Assembly: GCA_964016885.1 (NCBI GenBank)
Contig: OZ024743.1
Span: forward strand, 247,380,001-247,444,000
Direction of reading: 5' to 3'
From: Eledone cirrhosa
Taxonomy: Eukaryota
DNA: 64,000 bases
The notes under the pieces are model-generated. The model searched no databases, was not told the DNA's origin, and saw nothing but the letters and a program-made list of their open reading frames with translations. The position numbers and the translations under genes are program-made. Below are positions 14,601 through 26,054 of this stretch, one piece after another (position 1 is the first letter of the stretch; the number at the start of each line of letters is the position of its first letter).

Positions 14601-16164
14601 AATTTGTAAAAAAAATCAGGGGGAGATAATTTCCAGCCGTCCAAGGGGAGATAATTTTCAGCCGTCCAAGCAGAGGTAATTTCTAGCCGTCCAAGGGGAG
14701 ATAATTTCCAGCCGTGCAAGGGGAGATAATTTCCAGCCGTCCAAGGGGAGATAATTTCCATCCTTCCAAGGGGAGATAATTTCCAGCCGTCCAAGGGGAG
14801 ATAATTTCCATCCAGCCAAGGCGAGATAATTTTAAAAAAATCAGGCGGAGATAATTTGTAAAAAAAAAAATCAGGGGGAGATAATTTGTAAAAAAAAATC
14901 AGGGGGAGATAATTTGTAAAAAAATCAGGGGTAGATAATTTGTTAAAAAAAATCAGGGGGATATAATTTGTAAAAAAATCAAGGGGAGATAATTTCCAGC
15001 CGTCGAAGGAGAGATAATTTATAGCCGTCCAAGGGAGATAATTTTTTAAAAAAATCAGGCGGAGATGATTTGTTAAAAAAAATCAGGGGGCGATAATTTC
15101 CAGCCGTCCAAGGGGAGATAATTTCCAGCCGTCCAAGGGGAGATAATTTTTTTTTTTAAATCAGGGGAGATAATTTGTAAAAAAAATCAGGGGGAGATAA
15201 TTTGTGAAAAAAATCAGGGGGAGATAGTTTGTAAAAAAATATCAGGGGGAGATAATTTCCAGCCAGCCAAGGGGAGATAATTTGTAAAAAAAAATCAATG
15301 GGAGATAATTTCCAGCCGTCCAAGGGGAGATAATTTCCAGCCGTCCAAGTGGAGATAATTTCCAGCCGTCCAAGGGGAGATAATTTCCAGCAGTGCAAGG
15401 GGAGATAATTTCCAGCCGTCCAAGGGGAGATAATTTCCATCCTTCCAAAGGGAGATAATTTCCCGCCAGCCAAGGGAAGATAATATTTAAAAAAATCAGG
15501 CGGAGATAATTTGTAAAAAAAATCAGGGGGAGATAATTTGTAAAAAAATCAGGGGGAGATAATTTGTAAAAAAAAAATCAGGGGGAGATAGTTTGTAAAA
15601 AAAATAAGGGGGATATAATTTGTAAAAAAAAATCAGGGGTAGATAATTTGTAAAAAAAAATCAGGGGTAGATAATTTGTAAAAAAAAATCAGGAGGAGAT
15701 AATTTGTAAAAAAAATCAAGGGGAGATAATTTCCAGCCGTCCAAGGGAAGATAATTTCCAGCCCTCCAAGGGGCTATAATTTCCAGTGTCCAAGGGGAGA
15801 TAATTTCTAGCCAGCGAAGGGGAGACAATTTTTTAAAAAAATCAAGGGGAGATTTGTAAAAAAAATCAGAGGGAGATAATTTGTAAAAAAAATCAAAGGG
15901 AGATAATTTCCAGCCGTCCAAAGAGAGATAATTTCTAGCCGTCCAAGGGGAGATAATTTCCAGCCAAGGGGAGATAATTTCCAGCCGTCCAAGGGGAGAT
16001 AATTTTTTAAAAAATCAGGTGGAGATAATTTGTAAAAAAAATCAGGGGGAGATAATTTGTAAAAACAAAATCAAGGGCAGATAATTTCCAGCTGTCCAAG
16101 GGGAGATAATTTCCAGCCGTGCAAGGGGAGATAGTTTCCAGCCGTCCAAGGGGAGATAATTTCC
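5602..16164. repeat. Tandem segmental duplication within array 1, period 5266-5267 bp
   Basis: Identical ORF translations at constant offset (6035/11302, 6425/11692, 7118/12385, 9890/15156, 10395/15661). The rare variant AGACATA is at 5644 and 10911. Confidence 0.93.
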
Positions 16165-19100
16165 CGCCAGCCAAGGGAAGATAATTTTTTAAAAAATCAG
16201 GCGGAGATTGTAAAAAAAATCAGGGGGAGATAATTTGTAAAAAAATCAGGGGGAGATAATTTGTAAAAAAAAATCAGGGGGAGATAATTTGTAAAAAAAA
16301 ATCAGGGGGAGATAATTTGTAAAAAAAATCAGGGGTAGATAATTTGTAAAAAAAAATCAGGGGGAGATAGTTTGTAAAAAAAAAATCAGGGGGAGATAAT
16401 TTGTAAAAAAAAAATCAGGGGGAGATAATTTGTAAAAAAAATCAAGGGGAGATAATTTCCTGCCGTCCAAGGGAAGATAATTTCCAGCCCTCCAAGGGGC
16501 TATAATTTCCAGCGTCCAAGGGGAGATAATTTCCAGCCAGCGAAGGGGAGATAATTTTTTTTTAAAAATCACTGGGAGATTTGTAAAAAAAATCAGGGGG
16601 AGATAATTTCCCGCCAGCCAAGGGAAGATAATTTTTAAAAAAATCAGGTGGAGATAATTTGTAAAAAAAATCAGGGGAAGATAATTTGTAAAAACAAAAT
16701 CAAGGGCAGATAATTTCCAGCCGTCCAAGGGGAGATAATTTCCAGCAGTGCAAGGGGAGATAATTTCCAGCCGTCCAAGGGGAGATAATTTCCATCCTTC
16801 CAAGGGGAGATAATTTCCAGCCGTCCAAGGGGAGATAATTTCCCGCCAGCCAAGGGAAGATAATATTTAAAAAAATCAAGCGGAGATAATTTGTAAAAAA
16901 ATCAGGGGGAGATAATTTGTAAAAAAAATCAGGGGGAGATAATTTGTAGAAAAAATCAGGGGGAGATAATTTGTAAAAAAAAATCAGGGGTAGATAATTT
17001 GTAAAAAAAAATCAGGGAGAGATAATTTGTAAAAAAAAAATCGGGGAGATAATTTGTAAAAAAATCAAGGGGAGATAATTTGCAGCCGTCCAAGGGGAGA
17101 TAATTTTCAGCCGTCCAAGGAGAGGTAATTTCTAGCCGTCCAAGGGGAGATAATTTCCAGCCGTCCAAGGGGAGATAATTTTTTAAAAAATCAGGTGGAG
17201 ATAATTTGTAAAAAAATCAGGGGAAGATAATTTGTAAAAACAAAATCAAGGGCAGATAATTTCCAGCCGTCCAAGGGGAGATAATTTCCAGCAGTGCAAG
17301 GGGAGATAATTTCCATCCGTCCAAGGGGAGATAATTTCCATCCTTCCAAGGGGAGAAAATTTCCAGCCGTCCAAGGGAAGATAATTTCCCGCCAGTCAAG
17401 GGAAGATAATATTTAAAAAAATCAGGCGGAGATAATTTGTAAAAAAAATCAGGGGAGATAATTTGTAAAAAAATCAGGGGGAGATAATTTGTAAAAAAAA
17501 GCAGTTGGAGATAATTTGTAAAAAAAAACAAGGGGAGATAATTTCCAGCCGTCCAAGGGAAGATAATTTCCAGCCCTCCAAGGGGCTATAATTTCCAGCG
17601 TCCAAGGGGAGATAATTTCCAGCCAGCGAAGGGGAGATAATTTTTTTTAAAAAATCACTGGGAGATTTGTAAAAAAAATCAGGGGGAGATAATTTGTAAA
17701 AAAAATCAAGGGGAGTTAATTTCCAGCCGTCCAAAGAGAGATAATTTCTAGCCGTCCAAGGGGAGATAATTTCCAGCCAAGGGGAGATAATTTCCAGGCG
17801 ACCAATGGGAGATAATTTCCAGCCGTCCAAGGGGAGATAATTTTTTTTTTTAAATCAGGGGAGATAATTTGTAAAAAAAATCAGGGGGAGATAATTTGTG
17901 AAAAAAATCAGGGGGAGATAGTTTGTAAAAAAATATCAGGGGGAGATAATTTCCAGCCAGCCAAGGGGAGATAATTTGTAAAAAAAAATCAATGGGAGAT
18001 AATTTCCAGCCGTCCAAGGGGAGATAATTTCCAGCCGTCCAAGTGGAGATAATTTCCAGCCGTCCAAGGGGAGATAATTTCCAGCAGTGCAAGGGGAGAT
18101 AATTTCCAGCCGTCCAAGGGGAGATAATTTCCATCCTTCCAAAGGGAGATAATTTCCCGCCAGCCAAGGGAAGATAATATTTAAAAAAATCAGGCGGAGA
18201 TAATTTGTAAAAAAAATCAGGGGGAGATAATTTGTAAAAAAATCAGGGGGAGATAATTTGTAAAAAAAAAATCAGGGGGAGATAGTTTGTAAAAAAAATA
18301 AGGGGGATATAATTTGTAAAAAAAAATCAGGGGTAGATAATTTGTAAAAAAAAATCAGGGGTAGATAATTTGTAAAAAAAAATCAGGAGGAGATAATTTG
18401 TAAAAAAAATCAAGGGGAGATAATTTCCAGCCGTCCAAGGGAAGATAATTTCCAGCCCTCCAAGGGGCTATAATTTCCAGTGTCCAAGGGGAGATAATTT
18501 CTAGCCAGCGAAGGGGAGACAATTTTTTAAAAAAATCAAGGGGAGATTTGTAAAAAAAATCAGAGGGAGATAATTTGTAAAAAAAATCAAAGGGAGATAA
18601 TTTCCAGCCGTCCAAAGAGAGATAATTTCTAGCCGTCCAAGGGGAGATAATTTCCAGCCAAGGGGAGATAATTTCCAGCCGTCCAAGGGGAGATAATTTT
18701 TTAAAAAATCAGGTGGAGATAATTTGTAAAAAAAATCAGGGGGAGATAATTTGTAAAAACAAAATCAAGGGCAGATAATTTCCAGCTGTCCAAGGGGAGA
18801 TAATTTCCAGCCGTGCAAGGGGAGATAGTTTCCAGCCGTCCAAGGGGAGATAATTTCCCGCCAGCCAAGGGAAGATAATTTTTTAAAAAATCAGGCGGAG
18901 ATTGTAAAAAAAATCAGGGGGAGATAATTTGTAAAAAAATCAGGGGGAGATAATTTGTAAAAAAAAATCAGGGGGAGATAATTTGTAAAAAAAAATCAGG
19001 GGGAGATAATTTGTAAAAAAAATCAGGGGTAGATAATTTGTAAAAAAAAATCAGGGGGAGATAGTTTGTAAAAAAAAAATCAGGGGGAGATAATTTGTAA

Positions 19101-20520
19101 AAAAAAAATCAGGGGGAGATAATTTGTAAAAAAAATCAAGGGGAGATAATTTCCTGCCGTCCAAGGGAAGATAATTTCCAGCCCTCCAAGGGGCTATAAT
19201 TTCCAGCGTCCAAGGGGAGATAATTTCCAGCCAGCGAAGGGGAGATAATTTTTTTTTAAAAATCACTGGGAGATTTGTAAAAAAAATCAGGGGGAGATAA
19301 TTTCCCGCCAGCCAAGGGAAGATAATTTTTAAAAAAATCAGGTGGAGATAATTTGTAAAAAAAATCAGGGGAAGATAATTTGTAAAAACAAAATCAAGGG
19401 CAGATAATTTCCAGCCGTCCAAGGGGAGATAATTTCCAGCAGTGCAAGGGGAGATAATTTCCAGCCGTCCAAGGGGAGATAATTTCCATCCTTCCAAGGG
19501 GAGATAATTTCCAGCCGTCCAAGGGGAGATAATTTCCCGCCAGCCAAGGGAAGATAATATTTAAAAAAATCAAGCGGAGATAATTTGTAAAAAAATCAGG
19601 GGGAGATAATTTGTAAAAAAAATCAGGGGGAGATAATTTGTAGAAAAAATCAGGGGGAGATAATTTGTAAAAAAAAATCAGGGGTAGATAATTTGTAAAA
19701 AAAAATCAGGGAGAGATAATTTGTAAAAAAAAAATCGGGGAGATAATTTGTAAAAAAATCAAGGGGAGATAATTTGCAGCCGTCCAAGGGGAGATAATTT
19801 TCAGCCGTCCAAGGAGAGGTAATTTCTAGCCGTCCAAGGGGAGATAATTTCCAGCCGTCCAAGGGGAGATAATTTTTTAAAAAATCAGGTGGAGATAATT
19901 TGTAAAAAAATCAGGGGAAGATAATTTGTAAAAACAAAATCAAGGGCAGATAATTTCCAGCCGTCCAAGGGGAGATAATTTCCAGCAGTGCAAGGGGAGA
20001 TAATTTCCATCCGTCCAAGGGGAGATAATTTCCATCCTTCCAAGGGGAGAAAATTTCCAGCCGTCCAAGGGAAGATAATTTCCCGCCAGTCAAGGGAAGA
20101 TAATATTTAAAAAAATCAGGCGGAGATAATTTGTAAAAAAAATCAGGGGAGATAATTTGTAAAAAAATCAGGGGGAGATAATTTGTAAAAAAAAGCAGTT
20201 GGAGATAATTTGTAAAAAAAAACAAGGGGAGATAATTTCCAGCCGTCCAAGGGAAGATAATTTCCAGCCCTCCAAGGGGCTATAATTTCCAGCGTCCAAG
20301 GGGAGATAATTTCCAGCCAGCGAAGGGGAGATAATTTTTTTTAAAAAATCACTGGGAGATTTGTAAAAAAAATCAGGGGGAGATAATTTGTAAAAAAAAT
20401 CAAGGGGAGTTAATTTCCAGCCGTCCAAAGAGAGATAATTTCTAGCCGTCCAAGGGGAGATAATTTCCAGCCAAGGGGAGATAATTTCCAGGCGACCAAT
20501 GGGAGATAATTTCCAGCCGT
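15115..20520. repeat. Tandem segmental duplication within array 1, period 2694 bp
   Basis: ORF pairs 15156/17850, 15661/18355, 16357/19051, 16956/19650 and 17217/19911 are all offset by 2694. The rare variant GGCGACCAATGGGAG is near 17797 and 20491. Confidence 0.93.
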
Positions 20521-22574
20521 GCAAGGGGAGGTAATTTCTAGCCGTCCAAGGGGAGATAATTTCCATCCTTCCAAGGGGAGATAATTTCCAGCCGTCCAAG
20601 GGGAGATAATTTCCCGCCAGCCAAGGGAAGATAATTTTAAAAAAGATCAGGCGGAGATAATTTGTAAAAAAAATCAGGAGGAGATAATTTGCAGCCGTCC
20701 AAGGGGAGATAATTTTCAGCCGTCCAAGGAGAGGTAATTTCTAGCCGTCCAAGGGGAGATAATTTCCAGCCGTGCAAGGGGAGATAATTTCCAGCCGTCC
20801 AAGGGGAGATAATTTCCATCCTTCCAAGGGGAGATAATTTCCAGCCGTCCAAGGGGAGATAATTTCCCGCCAGCCAAGGGAAGATAATTTAAAAAAAAAT
20901 CAGGCGGAGATAATTTGTAAAAAAAATCAGGGGGAGATAATTTGTAAAAAAATCATGGGGAGATAATTTGTAAAAAAAAAATTAGGGGGAGATAATTTGT
21001 AAAAAAAAATCAGGGGGAGATAATTTGTAAAAAAAAATCAGGGGGAGATAATTTGTAAAAAAATCAAGGGGAGATAATTTCCAGCCGTCCAAGGGAAGAT
21101 AATTTCCAGCCCTCCAAAGGGCTATAATTTCCAGTGTCCAAGGGGAGATAATTTCTAGCCAGCGAAGGGGAGATAATTTTTTAAAAAAAATCAGGGGGAG
21201 ATTTGTAAAAAAAACCAGAGGGAGATAATTTGTAAAAAAAATCAAAGGGAGATAATTTCCAGCCGTCCAAAGAGAGATAAATTCTAGCCGTCCAAGGGGC
21301 GATAATTTCCAGCCAAGGGGAGATAATTTCCAGCCGTCCAAGGGGAGATAATTTTTTAAAAAATCAGGTGGAGATAATTTGTAAAAAAAATCAGGGGGAG
21401 ATAATTTGTTAAAAAATCAGGGGGAGATAATTTGTAAAAAAAAAATCAGGGGGAGATAATTTGTAAAAAAAAATCAGGGGGAGATAATTTGTAAAAAAAA
21501 ATCAGGGGGAGATAATTTGTAAAAAATATCAGGGGTAGATAATTTGTAAAAAAAAATCAGGGGGAGATAATTTGTAAAAAAAAATCAGGGGGAGATAATT
21601 TGTAAAAAAAAATCAAGGGGAGATAATTTCCAGCCGTCCAAGAGAAGATAATTTTCAGCCGTCCAAGGAGAGGTAATTTCTAGCCGTCCAAGGGGAGATA
21701 ATTTCCAGCCGTCCAAGGGAAGATAATTTCCAGCCGTCCAAGGGGAGATAATTTAAAAAAAAAAATCAGGCGGAGATAATTTGTAAAAAAAAAATCAGGG
21801 TGAGATAATTTGTAAAAAAAAAATCAGGGGGAGATAATTTGTAAAAAAAAATCAGGGGGAGATAATTTGTAAAAAAAATCAAGGGGAGATAATTTCCAGC
21901 CGTCCAAGGGAAGATAATTTCCAGCCCTCCAAGGGGCTATAATTTCCAGCGTCTAAGGGGAGATAATTTCCAGCCTGCGAAGGGGAGATAATTTTTAAAA
22001 AAAAAATCACTGGGAGATTTGTAAAAAAAATCAGGGGGAGATAATTTGTAAAAAAAATCAAGGGGAGATAATTTCCAGCCGTCCAAAGAGAGATAATTTC
22101 TAGCCGTCCAAGGGGAGATTAGTTCCAGCCAAGGGGAGATAATTTCCAGCCGTCCAAGGTGAGATAATTTTTTAAAATATCAGGTGGAGACAATTTGTAA
22201 AAAAAATCAGGGGGAGATAATTTGTAAAAACAAAATCAAGGGCAGATAATTTCCAGCCGTCCAAGGGGAGATAATTTCCCGCCAGCCAAGGGAAGATAAT
22301 TTTTAAATAAATCAGGCGGAGATAATTTGTAGAAAAATCAGGGGGAGATAATTTCCAGCCGTCCAAGGGGAGATCATTTTCAGCCGTCCATGGAGAAGTA
22401 ATTTCTAGCCGTCCAAGGGGAGATAATTTCCAGCCGTCCAAGGGGAGATAATTTCCAGCCGTCCAAGGAGAGATAATTTAAAAAAAAAATCAGGCGGAGA
22501 TAATTTGTAAAAAAAAAATCAGGGGGAGATAATTTGTAAAAAAAAATCAGGGGTAGATAATTTGTAAAAAAAAA

Positions 22575-25500
22575 TCAGGCGGAGATAATTTGTAAAAAAA
22601 AAATCAGGGGGAGATAATTTGTAAAAAAAAATCAGGGGGAGATAATATGTAACAAAAATCAAGGGGAGATAATTTCCAGCCGTCCAAGGGAAGATAATTT
22701 CCAGCCCTCCAAGGGGCTATAATTTCCAGCGTCCAAGGGGAGATAATTTCCAGCAAACGGGAGATAATTTCCAGCCGTCCAAGGGGAGATAATTTTTTCA
22801 AAAATCAGGAGATAATTTGTAAAAAAAATCAGTGGGAGATAATTTGTAAAAACAAAATCAAGGGCAGATAATTTCGAGCCGTCCAAGGGGAGATAATTTC
22901 CAGCCGTGCAAGGGGAGATAATTTGTAAAAAAAATCAGGGGGAGATAATTTCCAGCCGTCCAAGGGGAGATAATTTTCAGCCGTCCAAGCAGAGGTAATT
23001 TCTAGCCGTCCAAGGGGAGATAATTTCCAGCCGTGCAAGGGGAGATAATTTCCAGCCGTCCAAGGGGAGATAATTTCCATCCTTCCAAGGGGAGATAATT
23101 TCCAGCCGTCCAAGGGGAGATAATTTCCATCCAGCCAAGGCGAGATAATTTTAAAAAAATCAGGCGGAGATAATTTGTAAAAAAAAAAATCAGGGGGAGA
23201 TAATTTGTAAAAAAAAATCAGGGGGAGATAATTTGTAAAAAAATCAGGGGTAGATAATTTGTTAAAAAAAATCAGGGGGATATAATTTGTAAAAAAATCA
23301 AGGGGAGATAATTTCCAGCCGTCGAAGGAGAGATAATTTATAGCCGTCCAAGGGAGATAATTTTTTAAAAAAATCAGGCGGAGATGATTTGTTAAAAAAA
23401 ATCAGGGGGCGATAATTTCCAGCCGTCCAAGGGGAGATAATTTCCAGCCGTCCAAGGGGAGATAATTTTTTTTTTTAAATCAGGGGAGATAATTTGTAAA
23501 AAAAATCAGGGGGAGATAATTTGTGAAAAAAATCAGGGGGAGATAGTTTGTAAAAAAATATCAGGGGGAGATAATTTCCAGCCAGCCAAGGGGAGATAAT
23601 TTGTAAAAAAAAATCAATGGGAGATAATTTCCAGCCGTCCAAGGGGAGATAATTTCCAGCCGTCCAAGTGGAGATAATTTCCAGCCGTCCAAGGGGAGAT
23701 AATTTCCAGCAGTGCAAGGGGAGATAATTTCCAGCCGTCCAAGGGGAGATAATTTCCATCCTTCCAAAGGGAGATAATTTCCCGCCAGCCAAGGGAAGAT
23801 AATATTTAAAAAAATCAGGCGGAGATAATTTGTAAAAAAAATCAGGGGGAGATAATTTGTAAAAAAATCAGGGGGAGATAATTTGTAAAAAAAAAATCAG
23901 GGGGAGATAGTTTGTAAAAAAAATAAGGGGGATATAATTTGTAAAAAAAAATCAGGGGTAGATAATTTGTAAAAAAAAATCAGGGGTAGATAATTTGTAA
24001 AAAAAATCAAGGGGAGATAATTTCCAGCCGTCCAAGGGAAGATAATTTCCAGCCCTCCAAGGGGCTATAATTTCCAGTGTCCAAGGGGAGATAATTTCTA
24101 GCCAGCGAAGGGGAGACAATTTTTTAAAAAAATCAAGGGGAGATTTGTAAAAAAAATCAGAGGGAGATAATTTGTAAAAAAAATCAAAGGGAGATAATTT
24201 CCAGCCGTCCAAAGAGAGATAATTTCTAGCCGTCCAAGGGGAGATAATTTCCAGCCAAGGGGAGATAATTTCCAGCCGTCCAAGGGGAGATAATTTTTTA
24301 AAAAATCAGGTGGAGATAATTTGTAAAAAAAATCAGGGGGAGATAATTTGTAAAAACAAAATCAAGGGCAGATAATTTCCAGCTGTCCAAGGGGAGATAA
24401 TTTCCAGCCGTGCAAGGGGAGATAGTTTCCAGCCGTCCAAGGGGAGATAATTTCCCGCCAGCCAAGGGAAGATAATTTTTTAAAAAATCAGGCGGAGATT
24501 GTAAAAAAAATCAGGGGGAGATAATTTGTAAAAAAATCAGGGGGAGATAATTTGTAAAAAAAAATCAGGGGGAGATAATTTGTAAAAAAAAATCAGGGGG
24601 AGATAATTTGTAAAAAAAATCAGGGGTAGATAATTTGTAAAAAAAAATCAGGGGGAGATAGTTTGTAAAAAAAAAATCAGGGGGAGATAATTTGTAAAAA
24701 AAAAATCAGGGGGAGATAATTTGTAAAAAAAATCAAGGGGAGATAATTTCCTGCCGTCCAAGGGAAGATAATTTCCAGCCCTCCAAGGGGCTATAATTTC
24801 CAGCGTCCAAGGGGAGATAATTTCCAGCCAGCGAAGGGGAGATAATTTTTTTTTAAAAATCACTGGGAGATTTGTAAAAAAAATCAGGGGGAGATAATTT
24901 CCCGCCAGCCAAGGGAAGATAATTTTTAAAAAAATCAGGTGGAGATAATTTGTAAAAAAAATCAGGGGAAGATAATTTGTAAAAACAAAATCAAGGGCAG
25001 ATAATTTCCAGCCGTCCAAGGGGAGATAATTTCCAGCAGTGCAAGGGGAGATAATTTCCAGCCGTCCAAGGGGAGATAATTTCCATCCTTCCAAGGGGAG
25101 ATAATTTCCAGCCGTCCAAGGGGAGATAATTTCCCGCCAGCCAAGGGAAGATAATATTTAAAAAAATCAAGCGGAGATAATTTGTAAAAAAATCAGGGGG
25201 AGATAATTTGTAAAAAAAATCAGGGGGAGATAATTTGTAGAAAAAATCAGGGGGAGATAATTTGTAAAAAAAAATCAGGGGTAGATAATTTGTAAAAAAA
25301 AAATCGGGGAGATAATTTGTAAAAAAATCAAGGGGAGATAATTTGCAGCCGTCCAAGGGGAGATAATTTTCAGCCGTCCAAGGAGAGGTAATTTCTAGCC
25401 GTCCAAGGGGAGATAATTTCCAGCCGTCCAAGGGGAGATAATTTTTTAAAAAATCAGGTGGAGATAATTTGTAAAAAAATCAGGGGAAGATAATTTGTAA

Positions 25501-25755
25501 AAACAAAATCAAGGGCAGATAATTTCCAGCCGTCCAAGGGGAGATAATTTCCAGCAGTGCAAGGGGAGATAATTTCCATCCGTCCAAGGGGAGATAATTT
25601 CCATCCTTCCAAGGGGAGAAAATTTCCAGCCGTCCAAGGGAAGATAATTTCCCGCCAGTCAAGGGAAGATAATATTTAAAAAAATCAGGCGGAGATAATT
25701 TGTAAAAAAAATCAGGGGAGATAATTTGTAAAAAAATCAGGGGGAGATAATTTGT
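22575..25755. repeat. Copy of ~14255-17490 (offset 8319, stepping to 8291 and 8263 through single 28-bp unit differences)
   Basis: ORF pairs 14285/22604, 14510/22829, 15156/23475 (8319); 16357/24648 (8291); 17217/25480 (8263). Confidence 0.88.
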
Positions 25756-26054
25756 AAAAAAAAATCAGGGGAAGATAATTTGTAAAAAAAGTCAGGAGGA
25801 GATAATTTGGAAAAAAAAATCAGGGGTAGATAATTTGTAAAAAAAAATCAGGGGGAGATAATTTGTAAAAAAATCAAGGGGAGATAATTTCCAGCCGTCC
25901 AAGGGGAGATCATTTTCAGCCGTCCAAGGAGAGGTAATTTCTAGCCGTCCAAGGGGAGATAATTTCCAGCCGTCCAAGGGGAGATAATTTCCAGCCGTCC
26001 AAGGGGAGATAATTTAAAAAAAAAATCAGGCGGAGATAATTTGTAAAAAAAAAA

